A DNA stretch of 64,000 bases, taken from NCBI GenBank assembly GCA_965637545.1, contig OZ281501.1, forward strand, positions 17,112,001-17,176,000, in the 5' to 3' direction. Source of the DNA: Phallusia mammillata (lineage: Eukaryota). This document shows, one piece after another, positions 1-13,171 of the stretch (positions are counted from its first letter, which is position 1; the number at the start of each line of letters is the position of its first letter). Under the pieces are notes generated by a model. That model saw only the letters and a program-made list of their open reading frames with translations. It ran no database searches and had not been told where the DNA came from. A program made the position numbers and the translations under genes.

Positions 1-3000
1 GTATCATACTTATCTTATTTACATTTGAGAACATTTTTCAGTGACCAAAAGTGCCAGAGCATCAAAAACTATCGAGGGCAAAATAATTTTCACATACCAA
101 ATCAACTTTTAGTTGGCTGGGCACAATTTCAACTGCTCACACGATAGTGGCAGGTGCCTCAAAAAAATTGACAACGCGTATATACTATCTAGCACGTACA
201 TCTAACAGCTGTAGTGTCATAACGGGTGTTTCCATTGAGCAGGCGTTACTCCTACAACAAAACAAAAACGTTTTATACGTTCTGTTTGTTAACAGCGAGA
301 CAAAGTATCATATTGTACAACGGCCTGTTCTTATTCCTTCTAGGCATGTGGATTCCACGAAAAGCAAGGGTTTATTGACACAGCACTTAATATTTGGATG
401 GGGATTTCAAGACTTTAAGCATTTTCAGTGGAAAATATCATCCAAAGCCGAAAGTAAAAATGGTCAGTTGGTTCGTAAATGTTTTAGCATGTGCAAGTCA
501 TCATTAGATTTTGATATTTTCGTTGTGAAATAAAATATAATCACAAGCAGATCATACCGTTTTAGGACGCAAAGTGGTGTAAAATACAACCCAAATACAT
601 TAAATATTGACACGTTCTACTAAAGTGTGTTCCAGAAATGGTGGTAGCCTGCATGTCATTTGTGATTTCCCGATAACACAGGGCAATCTGACCAAATGAT
701 ACGTGACGTTTGTGGTTTCCAGACTGTGTTTTGTCGCAATCTGTTGACACGGATGTATGTGCTCTGCTCTACGATCGATCGAATAGATTACATGCCATGT
801 ACTAGAAATACGAGCTGTTGTGTAGAGAAAGTGAAAAGGTCTTGTGTATAAAGCTGTATAATAAAGATGTCAAAAAGTGGTTTATCACATAGACGCATGT
901 TTTCACTTTATCGCAACTTGCAAAAATTTCAACAGACTCTAACTATCTGCCATGAGGTAATGTCGAAATACTTCCCAATTTATTACTGTTTGCTTGTCAA
1001 AGAAATTATAATTTATGAAAGATAGGATGCACAATTTCAGCACCTAATCAAGGAAAACAGCTGTACGATTTGTAAAACTATGGTAAAATTGATTTACAGG
1101 TAATAAAGGAACGTATAAAGCATTATTGCTGTTGATCAAAACCTTTGGTGCCATATGGTTTTGAGATAGGACAAGTATTAGCAAACGGAAATAACGGAAA
1201 ACATAAAGCGTTCTCAGCCAGTTTCGGTTTATAATCAACGCAATACAAGCTTTCGGAAAGAAGTGAATTGTTGAACGATTAAACAAAAGGAAGCGAAACA
1301 AGCTACAGTTTCAAGGAAGGCAAAACGAACACTGTCTCAAACTGGCAACTTATCACAATGAAAAAATAGGAAATTTCTAGCTGGAAATATTTCGTCTACA
1401 AAAATGCTAATATTAGCTATACACACAGAACCAAAAGCGCCTCAAGTCAGTTCAACACAAATGCGTGTTAAACAACCGGAAATATATTATGGTAGGCAGT
1501 AAATATTGAACCGATATTTTCCACACAAAAACAAAACGTAAATTTGTTAGAAAGTAACACATTTCACATCCTAGGTCACGTACACATTGATGATATCATA
1601 CTGGGTACACGGCACAAGTATATATTTTTAAAAAGGTGCTCTTTCTTTTTGTGAGTAATACAAAAAGGCCTAACTTATGTCACTTGAGTTGGCAACAACA
1701 GGTAAAAAAACACTGTTGAATTGAACACCTAATCAACAAGATGTAGAAACTTACAGAAGTTCACTTACAACAAACAAGTGCAAAATTGGGTTTTGAGCCA
1801 GGTGTCTGAAAACAAATTTTGTAAATAAAATATTACTACTTTTAGGGTTCGTTCTGACAAAATTTCAAAAAGCTACTCGGATTTTAAAAGGGTGTCAAAC
1901 CCTACTAGTCTAGGGAAGTAAATCAGGTAAAAGGTAACCAGAAGAAACTGTTGCACCATTTGTATTTGAGGAGAAAGTGCAGTTCCATAAAGCGTTATGT
2001 GTATTGGCAACAGAGTTTAGAAACATCACTACAACAGTCCATTCACAGTCATAACCATGTCGTCAACACAAAGGCGTCAAGTTTATAGACAAATAAGCCT
2101 TCTCAATATCAGCTGGAAATAAAAACCCGGAAATGCTTTGGCAACCTTCAATTTGGCATTTACAATGAAAGCCACATCCTTTTGACAAATTACTGTGATT
2201 CGCTTCATGTCGTAAGTATGGCCCACACACACTGATGTACTTCAAATGTCTGATGTGGTCAATGGAGGTGTGAGGACGCAAGTATTGCTTAGCAATAGGT
2301 CAGTCCTTTAATTGTTAACAAATACGAAGAATATGTTCAATACCTGACAAACAGGTTGTTTATCTAATTAAACGAAAAAACCCCGACTCAAAGCTCTAGT
2401 AATAAGGGGTTTGTCATAAAGCTGCTGGAAGAGCAATACTGGTTTAAAACTCCATGTTTATTGAAATCAACCAATCGTATTTACTTCACAATATTTGATA
2501 AGCTAAAACAGAACACCACTTAGGAATTGGAACCAAAAACCTTGTGACTTTAGAGACCACTGGTGTAAAACAGTTAACGGCAAACATTGACTGCCAAAAA
2601 ATGTTACACAATTTTGCATGTTCTGCCAGGTCGTAATGTTACACAATTGGACTCTACCAAGTCAAATAAAATCTTAACCTTACTTTATGAGAAACGAACA
2701 GTGAAAATTTGACAGTCACCATATCGTTGAACAAAACTTGTGTTTGGACCTTTCAATGGAAATGTTAAGTCATACCTTAAACTATACTACACACAGGATA
2801 AATAAAAATAAATCCAAAAATTTCCTAAAATTTCGCTCGTATTAACATCATGTAACTTGTCAAGCAGAAAGTTTGACCTTTTTGCCCTGAGTTACATCCA
2901 CAAACCACAATGTTTGTTTAAAAATGTATCCAGACAGGTCAATGTGCCTTAACTCACGTCAAACAGTTGAACTAATAATTGTTCAAGGGGTGTATGGTAG

Positions 3001-5659
3001 ACCGGTTGCGGTTATATGACAATGGCCTGTAGGTGTGACTGCACAATGAGTATCATCCTTTTAACGTCATAGAGCAGTGCCATATCACTAAATAAACACG
3101 ACAAAATGTAGACCTGAAAGAAGCGGTAGACAAAATGTACGGAAACTGATCGTTCAGCCACAGTCAATAGGGAATTTCTCCTAAGTTTTGACACGAGGTG
3201 CAGTCACGCGCCAAAGGCGTGATCGGGCGCTTGGGACACGTGGGCATATGAGCTCAACCGTGACCGTTCTAGTATTCACCAGAAGTTCAAGTGCTTTGAA
3301 TTGTCGTTGAACGCGGATTCGCGGTTAGGCGGAACTGGAAATTCAAGAAACTCAAACCAGTCCTAAGCCATCGGTGCTATGTAAAGCAAAGTGTCATGTA
3401 TAAAGTTGGTTGTGTATTTTTTATGTGTAGGGGTATCTGCTTTTGGGTATAAAATTTTGGCACTATGTTAATGTCCCAGCTTTATACTTCATTGGGTCAC
3501 AACTTTGAAAAAGTATTAGGTGCCTTTCGATGGCTACACTAGCCAATGCGGCCTATTTCTTGTCACCAGCTGCACTGATATAACCTTATAGGTCGAATCA
3601 ATGTGCACTGTCTACACCCTAATCTATAACTTGATTTTGTAAATTATTGATATTAATACACAAGATAATTGTATGCTTAAATTGCCAATACAGTACAACA
3701 TATACAACGTATTACTTTACTTTTTCGCTTCCTAAAACGCACTAGGCTTCTTGGCAGAGAAGAAACTGTTCCGCCATGCTAGTATCAATACTCGACGCAA
3801 GAAAAACAAACTAACGGACATCACTAAGGATGCGGTAATCAAGGGGGTGACCAGATAACCCTTGTTACATACCAAAGAAGCCTTACTGGTGATTCGCCTG
3901 ACAATTTCAAACGACGCCCACTTTAGTAAATATTGAGAGAAAACATCAAGTGATCTGTAAAGCGAAACGCTTGAGTTCGTTGGACCTAGAGAAAATAAAT
4001 CTGTCCGCCTACGTGTATTACTGACATTTGAGTTATGTCAGGAATTCACTGGCGAACAGAGACAATCGAAACACATGCGTCACAGTGGGTGATTATGACG
4101 TAGGAATGATAAAGTCGCCGTTCGTTTTGTGAATGAGTGTACGGAACACTGTTGTAAAACCAACGCACGGTACAGGTTTTTGTTGTGTGATTTGGACACT
4201 CAGCGTGCGGTAACCATGAGGAAATTTCCAAACGATTTTCCAATCACAGGAAAGTGATTCACTCCTCATGGGACGGCGCAACACACAGCGGGCGTATTTT
4301 CCGAATTATTACATTCATCTTTAGTAATATAATGATACTAGAGTCACGGCATATTGAAAATGCCCTTTTCTTGAATTTTAATCATAGTTCATATTTATAA
4401 TTCTGAATCAACAAAACTAAATTTGGAAAATTGGCAAAGTATGTTAAGTAATATTATTATCATTATTCATTGAATCATATTTAAAATATAACATTTAATG
4501 ACCTTCGTCAATTTAAGACCATCCTAATAAAGGCTAATACAAATTAAATTATCTCAATTCTTGGTAAAATATGTCGACCATCCCTTGATGCTAGCACGCT
4601 GTTAAATCCCCATAGCTTTCCCAAACGTTATGAAAAAACGACCAAAGTTGCCACAAAGACCGACAACAACATCCCGAAAACAGCTGTCAAAAGACATACG
4701 ATGATTTAACGAAATTTTCCTTATAGGAACTAGTACACTAAGGCTGCAAGGTAATTAGTGAATACAAGCTATACCTCATTCTAATATAGGCGATTGTATT
4801 TCGATTTTTCGATGCAAAGCCCGGCAATTAACATACAAACGCCGGTGTATATTTCCTTCCCAACTCTTTACCATGTAAATACTTTAATCAAATACGATGT
4901 AACTTGAAGCTACAACATAACGAAAAGGAAACTGCTTAGGACTCTACAGGTGGATTTGAATACATTTCAAGGCTTGGATGAAAAGTAAGAAACACATCTT
5001 GAGAAGTATTTTGAATCGTAGCTTAGAAACATAACCACTGCAGCTTTGAATGTAATGTAGCTTGCATAGTCATGCGAACATAAAAAAAGATTTCTTCATC
5101 TTTATGTGTCCTGATTGTTTTTTAAAACACTTCGGCTATTTGGGACAGAATCTGCATATAGTTAGTATTGTCTGGTCTAGTGTGGGACGTTTTTAAGTTG
5201 TATTAACACAATACAATGATAACATTTTCATCAGAAAATTTCACAAAGAAAGCTATTTAAATTTATGAGGTATAAACTTGGGAAAGTATTTCATCATTTT
5301 ATGCCAGTTTTCCCTTACAGTTATTTCGGTAGTATCTCCTCCTTCTAAACTCGAGCCTATATTTTCTTGGTAAAGTTGGCAGATTCGACGAAAGCTTTCC
5401 GAAAGGTCCAAGGCCTCACGTAAAAACGTGTGTTTTAAAATTAACCGAGCATGCACCGTGACACAAATCCCACGCAAAAATCGATCGGCCGTACACGAAG
5501 CACGCAAAAAACATCTTACGTCGCCTGCGGGGCAACTGTGACGTAACAAAAGCCAAGTGATTTGCCCTATGGCTTGAGCGTCAAGGTGACGGCGCTAATT
5601 ATTGTACATACATGTCACATCAATAAATACTTGAGGGGGTTTATGCAGTCGACACAAAA

Positions 5660-5750
5660 GACGTCAGTTTTAATGATCTACGTCAGCTGTAGTATGACGT
5701 AGAAGGTCAGGTGTCACGTTGTCAAAAAAGGTTGGTGTCACAAAGTGTTA
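5660..5750. promoter_or_regulatory. Candidate muscle-type cis-regulatory module (CRE + E-box + T-box cluster)
   Basis: Within 90 bp: GACGTCA 5660, TACGTCA 5679, CAGCTG 5684, TGACGT 5695, AGGTGTCA 5709, GGTGTCA 5734, AAGTGTTA 5743. CRE, MRF E-box and Tbx6 clusters are the known grammar of ascidian larval muscle enhancers. Motif evidence only. Confidence 0.45.
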
Positions 5751-8700
5751 CCAAAAGCAATGTGCAAAAAAACCTTTACATAATAAGTGCACTGGTTCAC
5801 ACGGCCGTTCAGGCGTTTAAGGCTTTTTAATCAACCATTTTTAGCCTTATTATCATAAATAATAGAACTAGGGCTACACACGCTGCACCGTTTTAAAGAC
5901 ACGTAAATCACGATATACGTTATGATCAGAACTTTTTTAATGTGTGCAAAACCTCAAGCATTTTCTAAATTTTCAGGCTGCAAGATCAAAAGCTGCTTTG
6001 ATCACGTGTCAAACCAACGCAGCCTTGGAATCTTTATGTCGTCATAAAACGCTCTTTCGGATGTGTTAGCGTCACAATTGCGAGACAGGCCGCACTTTTT
6101 CGGTCAGTTTCGGGCTTCAATTTGAATAAAACGGATTTGATTCGGGCCTGACTTTACACTGTTTGTGCAATTCCACCTAGTTTCGGCGCTAATATGGGCT
6201 TTTGACAACACAATCGGGTTCGAGTCGGGTTTCGGGTTCTGGCCCGATGTTAAACCCGCTTATAATTCCAGTTAGCGTGGGTGGCTTTCCTAACAGAAAA
6301 ACGGAGCGGTCACTAAAGGATCGTTTGACAAATCACACTAAAATGTTACCTTGAACATGTCATTGAATGATTTTTCATTGAAAATGCGTTGCACACCATA
6401 CAGACTTGGCCTATACAGGGTGTTTTATGGTTAATATTTGAACAGCAGCAACGGCTCCCTTTGAAGTTTTGTAGGTGTATTTGTTTCCATTTTATTTGTT
6501 GGCTTAGGTTTTTGTGACCCGCCAATGCATTCAATGCTAAACTTTTAAACTGGCTGTGAGTTGCAGGAAAAAGACAGATATTTGATAATAGTTACGCAAC
6601 ATCAAAAATTCGAAGTTCGTTTCCAAAGTAAAGCAAGTTCACAAATGGTGGATTACTAAAATGTTAATCAGAAAGTTGCCATTCCCTATTCTATTCCTCT
6701 AGTTTCATGCTGATCCATATTCATCTTTCCTATAAAACATGAACCTAATACGTTGTCAATTAGTCCTAAATGACGGTTATATTACATTCGATTGTGTTTT
6801 TATTTTCTAAACCGTAGAGTTTTTGAGGCGCAGAACCACAAAAAAGTTTGAAAAGATTTCATGAAAATTCATCATAACTTAATAGCATAGTTTAAAATAT
6901 ATGAGTTTCGGTCATTTTTAGCGATACAATACACGATTCTAAATAAGGATTAGTTTAGAGGAGGATTCACGATTTGTGGAACGACTACTGAGATATAACC
7001 TATACTTCTTGGAAACCACTCAACTATTGCGGAACGCGAAATTGAGATTACAAAACCAATAATAAAGGGAAAAACCACTAACTATGATAGTAATACGCAA
7101 GTGATTCAAGTACAGCCGGCTACTGATGTGGCTTGAATTTCACTGTGAAGAAATGCACGTTCACCGAATTCTACGTGCGTTTCTACGGAAAAGGATTCAA
7201 CGAACGTAAGATACACCAATTATACGCATACGAGCTGTTATTTCGCTACAGTAAAGCAAAAATTATCACACAGAATTAAGGGGATGACGTAACTGCAACT
7301 TGCCCTAACGAGATGGGTAAAAAATCGATGTTATTAAATTGTGTTAGACTGGGTTTTGGAAAGCGAGAGAACCAGAGCCAAATATGGAGACGTGACATGA
7401 ATATGCCTTCTTCCTTTTTCTCTCGCGGTCGAAAAGCTGGCCATAACCGGCACACACCGCCATAGGCCTGTTGCACTTTAGAGGTGACGCAATGCAAATG
7501 CCTTAACGAGGGCGATAGGCATTAAATCCTGCGACATCTCAAACTGTCGCAAGTTTTAACGAGTTTACATGCACGAACAACCATGATAATTTATTCATGC
7601 ATTTTTGAGCCAGCAAAATGCGCCTTGAGAAGCAAACTCAGGATTGAATCCAAAATCGAACCTTGCAAGTCTCAAAAAAGGATTATTACGTCATTCAGAG
7701 AAACCCCCTATAAAACTTGGGCCTTTGCATACAAATCGCTGAAAGCATTCTTTACTTAGAATACCGTCGTTTAATGATTTTGTATCTGACCTGTTTAGTA
7801 AGCAAACAAAATGCTACAACGACAAAATCATAAGCTTGGACTACTGATCAATTATACAACCAGCTCAAAGTCAAAATCGAAAATAAAATTCTGGTCTTGT
7901 TTTACCACTATTTTGGGAACCAATTTCTCGAAGTAATTAGAAAAGTCACTCACCTCACATTTGTAACAGATGTCTAACAGAAACTTTAGATGATAAAGTT
8001 AAACAACTTAGTATTGTAGATGATTATTAGGGCTTATCCCAGTATAGGGAATTGAGCTCAATAATAAAGGATTTGTTTATGCACTACTGTAGGTGCCTTG
8101 TTATGACAAAAAAATCATCAAAAATACACCATATTTCAGACTCGGACAAGAAGAAAAAGTGCAACAAGTACATCCTGTATTATTGTAACTGTGACGAGAA
8201 CGTTATTCATTTTTGTAAGTCCGGACTTTGTGCTATGAGTCTTGAGGTCGTTACGCATTGGTGTACGTGTTTGTGGTTCGGTCTACAACGAACTTGTGTG
8301 GTGGAACATGGTCTCTGTGCGCTGACAGTAAATTTTAAAGTAGCTTGTGGCGCAAATGTCACTTGAATCCATTTTAATTGTATATTACACCGACAAAATC
8401 GAGTTTGACTTTTTTGTGACCCAAGTCCGTTTTGTATTTCTGTACTGAACTGCGGTGGGTGGTATGCATTTAAGATTTACAGACGAATGTTGGCTACGAT
8501 CTTGCGATTTTTGTGTTAAGCTGCTCATTTGGTGATTTTTCGAAACATACAAAAACGTTTTGTGTTATCACATTAGCACCATGTAACCTTAAAAACTTCT
8601 TTTCCTTGCTTTTGAACATTTACATTACGTGTTAAACGCCTGATTATTACGTTAGGGATACTGCCACACATGAATAAAACACACTCGCAAAAAAGTGAAA

Positions 8701-11700
8701 TATTTCGACCGAAAAATCACAGAAAAACATTTCTTTTCCCAGAAACTAAGTAATGTCGCAACCGACTCGAAGGAATTGATTATTTACAAGATTTATGGAA
8801 AAAAGGAAGCTGAATTTCGTAACGATCATTGAAAGAATGCTGTTGTTTACCAGGAACGTAACGGCCCAAGCGTGAATAAATGGGACCGTACCCCAGGCCG
8901 AAATCGGGCACTTTGGAATGCCTTTCGCAAAAGACTCTACCAGGGTCACGTCAGGTAACGCTAAGCGAAGTAAACAAGCCCAAGCGGTTTCAAAGGTCGC
9001 TTTTATGGACTCAAATGACTCACTCATTGAGGATAAAACCGCTTTTATGTTTAGTTAGACCCGGGATTTTTTTTATTAAGTGTCATTTACCAAGTAATGA
9101 GAATGTACCTAGGATTACAGTTTAAACAAGCGCTGCAAATGTCATTGTGTATTATGCTAGCTAATGCGGTTTCCACAAATTGATTAAATAATTCTTAAAC
9201 GCCTATACACATCCAAAACTACATCAAAATTTAATGGCCTATTTTGTGGTTCTTTTTTGTTTGCGTTCAAAAATGCATAAAAAAAACTCAAATCGTTGAC
9301 AATAGGCCATATACAATAAAAAAGTTAGCTATCATTGCAAGATACCACAGAATGTTTCAATTTTTTTGTGTAACAACACACCAGGCCGACAGCACAAGAG
9401 CTATATTAACTAAATCAACAGGTCTCCCAAATTGGCCTCAAATGGTATTCGAACCCACGACTGAAACCTATAGCGAAGCGCCTATAGCGTTAGGAGGCTT
9501 AGTGGTCAAAGTTTATACCCAGTAAACATCAGCGGGTCATAACTGAGTCCACTCGCTTGATTCAATATTTAAAGTGTAGCTTATTTTGTAAAGCTTTAGC
9601 ACCTTTCTATATGTTTAAAGTGCTGGGGAAACGTTCATTACAACATTCTCACCAAACCAACAAAACAGACACTACCCTTAACAGCATAATCACATTTACT
9701 AGTTTGATACTAAATCCGCGTTCAGAAAACTATATAAGGCAAGACTTAAAGCATAGATAAGACGTTATTTCCCAATTGAGACATGTAGATTTTGTAACAG
9801 TTTCAAATCGAAATCGTTACCAAATATGGCATCAAAGGCACCGAAGCGTGGCCAAAAAAGGCGGGAAATAGACTCCAGCACGTGGCTGGTGAAGTTTGGT
9901 ATGTCAGGAACGCGGTAGAAGTGGCGCAACCGTTCGAAAATAAGTCGAGCATGGCTGAAACTTCCGTAAAAACGAGACACCTCACAAAAATATCTCCTGC
10001 CACAAAGGATTTTACAACATTTTGCAAGTGCGAACAATTTGTTGCGACAATACACAAAACTGGTACTGTCTCGCCAAGAACTCCATTTGTCGAGACTTTC
10101 ATAAGCAGACATAAACACAATTTGGTGACCGGGAGCTTTTCAATTTGACATTAAAAAATGTAAATCATACGGATATTAAAACACACCCTCCAGACACAAA
10201 TAATTTCGTTGACAAAACACAAGAAAAAGGGTCCTGTATTGCCAAAAACACGAGATTTATAACTAACAACCAGACATAAGATTTAATGGCCTGAGGTTTC
10301 CCAGTTTGACATAAAACGTGTAACTCATACGTATATTTTAAAAAATATGCTTGAGACATGAATAACTCGTTGACAATACACAAACTATGGTGTCTGTCTT
10401 GGCAAATTCCTAATTTGCCGCGATTTGAAGCGTAACAAGTAAGGGGTAACTTTATATCTTTTACACCAGAGTACAGGATACAGGAACAGGTGCTAAACGC
10501 GTGTTTGGGATCAAAGAACGGACAGAAGAAGTCGTAAAAGCTGATAGAGCTGGAACGGGATGAGGTTTGTACAATAAACTATTCTTTTTCCTTAAGGAAG
10601 AACTAAAGCAAAATCTTGATCATCTGTTGACACGACTGAGGCAAATTTGAAGACTTTTGATAACTTACAATCATTTTTGTGTATTTGTTGGGAATCAATA
10701 GGCAGTGTTTGTTCACAGATAAACCATAAACAAATTTCGCCCAATAAACAACACAACCCCCAAATATTTTCAAACTTAACCCCAGCAACTAGCACAGCAT
10801 TTGCTGTGTTTTTGATACACACACATTTATAATAAAAAAGAACTAAAAACGAAATAATGAGTGGGAACCGCAACTACTAAGATCGAATTTTTTTGCCAAG
10901 TTATTAAAACATATAATCAACATAACATTGACGTTTGTTGGTTACCTAGGAAGCAGCAACATAACATGCGCATCCAATGGTGGATCAAAAGGCAGGCAAC
11001 GTGTGGCATGTCAGGGCACGAAAACCCTTAGACACGTGCCAAAGGAACCACTTCTAACTGGGCTATATTACAAAACAGGTCATTAGTCACGAAAAGGCCT
11101 CAAAAATCGACATCACCTGTAAGCTGGGTAAAGCGGGCTACACAATCAAATTGAAATCACGATTTTTGGGATGTTCAAGACCAAGCGCCGTACCGACGTG
11201 ATCATACCGCCGCGGGCAAAGGGCTATCCGTGGCTCTACCGGAAGGTTTGTACGCAAAAGTTCATTGTGAAGAGATTGTTGGACGCGCCCACATTTCGTG
11301 GGAATGAGTCATACCGCGATTTGCCGAACGGCGCCAGAGCTGTTGTTTGTTTCGCTTCAAATTTTGCAAAGCGTTGAAAAACAAAATGGCGACCGGTTCT
11401 GCCAGGTTGGAAACACGCGGCCGCCAAACGTCAGGATACTAAAGTTTATTTTTTAATAGATTTGCAGCAAACACATATGTCGGTAATACTTACACACTGT
11501 GGAGGTATAAAAAGTGTTTAATTAATTTAAAGACATAAAATTGTTTTACTTTTTCATATCACAGCGTAGTAGAAATTTTTTTGCGCTGTATAAAAATCAC
11601 GAATCAGTGTGTTTTAATTAATACACCAAATCCCAGTAACATTCCAGTAGAATCTTTTGTCATGTTAAGTAGTAATTTGCGCCCAATACTTACGCTAATA

Positions 11701-13101
11701 ATCAATATCGATTCCCGATAGCTAAACACATTCGTTGATTTTGAACATTGACCGTTGAAAATTACAATCTGATAAACAAGTTTGCCACAAAGACAAAAGC
11801 GATCGTTGATGAGTTTATTTCAAAATACGTCAATGTCAGGTTCTGTCTCCGTAAATATAGTTTTATATTTATCTAAATCAATGCTTTTTAACCTTTTTCG
11901 CGCCGCGGAAAGGTATTTTGAAATTATTTGCGAAAACCTAATTAACAACTTTAACAACATACTGTAATACAAGAAAAATATAAACAAGACACTTATTTTT
12001 CACCAACACGCCAAACATTAATATACACCAGCAAATCCTTACGTGTGAAATTCTTACTACAAACCTATCGGACCCATTCGGCTTAGTAAACCTTTGTAAG
12101 TGTTATATTGAACCCTAGGGTTTCGCGTAAGAAAGTTTAAAAGCACGAACCTTGACAAAATACTACAAAACTTTTTGGTTCTTAATCAATTCGTAACGTT
12201 TTTACGACCAAGGTAATTGGTTACACGCTACACCAAGCACACAACTGTTTTTGAACAAACGGCTGTAACAAACAAACTATATACGCGAGTAGTCGTCGAC
12301 CTATAGGGGTAAACAATTGTACGACCGAAACACATCGTAACTTAATTTTCACATCAAAAGTAATTTATTAAGGGAAACATTTAACTGTGCAAACGATGTC
12401 AAATAGTTTTTGTCAAGAAAAATTCCGAAGGTTTAAAGAAAAAAATAGCTTAAAAAAAATACCAAACTGACCATACTACTTTACTGTGCTAAATATGTTT
12501 AACAATGTCTTGCTTAGTATTTCGTATTGTAAGAGTATGACTTTCATAGTCTGCAGTGATGTGCAAAAAAGACATTCGAAAAAATAAGTAAAAACGCAAG
12601 TCAAAAATAAGAACATTTTTTAGAAATGATTTCACTTTTCAAAAATGTTATCCATCACATAAGGACAAATCTTAGGAACAAGGACATTATGGAAACTCTG
12701 TCTACAGAGGTTCTTGAACCACGCATATCTATACTAATTCACAAACCAGCATATTTTAAACAGTCAACGCAGCTATGGGCTGGAACTGATTAAACGGCAC
12801 CGCCCGCGTTTTGCATATTTCATTGTGGAATGTGCCAACAACTTACCTTGTGAATTCTTCCACGACTTTTCGCGTTAAACATTTTCTCTGCGCGAGTTCT
12901 AAGAATTGGCGGCTCTACACTTTATCGGAACAGCAACGCCGAAAACTACAACCATACACTGCGCCAAATTCAATGCTAATTTAAGCGCCAGGTAACATTT
13001 TACGCTTTTAATGGTTGCTGCAAACAAATAGGGTTGCCCACGCAAAAACTGTAGGCTATGAAGCATTTTTGGCGCAATTTTGGCCTTTTTCATTGTAACT
13101 C

Positions 13102-13171
13102 GGGGCGGGCGCGAAAACATGTTGTCACGTGACGAATTTTAGAAGGATTATTGGCTGATGGCTAAACCAAT
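13102..13171 (-). promoter_or_regulatory. Core-promoter-like cluster (GC box, GTCACGTGAC palindrome, two CCAAT boxes)
   Basis: GGGGCGGGC 13102-13110, GTCACGTGAC 13124-13133, ATTGG 13150, CCAAT 13167. A strong minus-strand donor (CAAG|GTAAGT, 12847/12846) lies about 250 bp downstream. Confidence 0.5.

Noticed and set aside
147-533. 128-aa plus-strand ORF
   Set aside because: Non-ATG start, no recognisable motif, typical AT-rich spurious composition.
1950-2343. Minus-strand exon-like segment after TTGTCAG| (includes ORF 2063-2281)
   Set aside because: All three frames hit stops soon after the acceptor and there is no similarity to PIGK exon 5; at most a UTR or lncRNA exon.
6350-6537. Minus-strand segment bounded by AG and GT with one open Cys-rich frame
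   Set aside because: Weak polypyrimidine tract, phase incompatible with the candidate upstream exons, no known homology.
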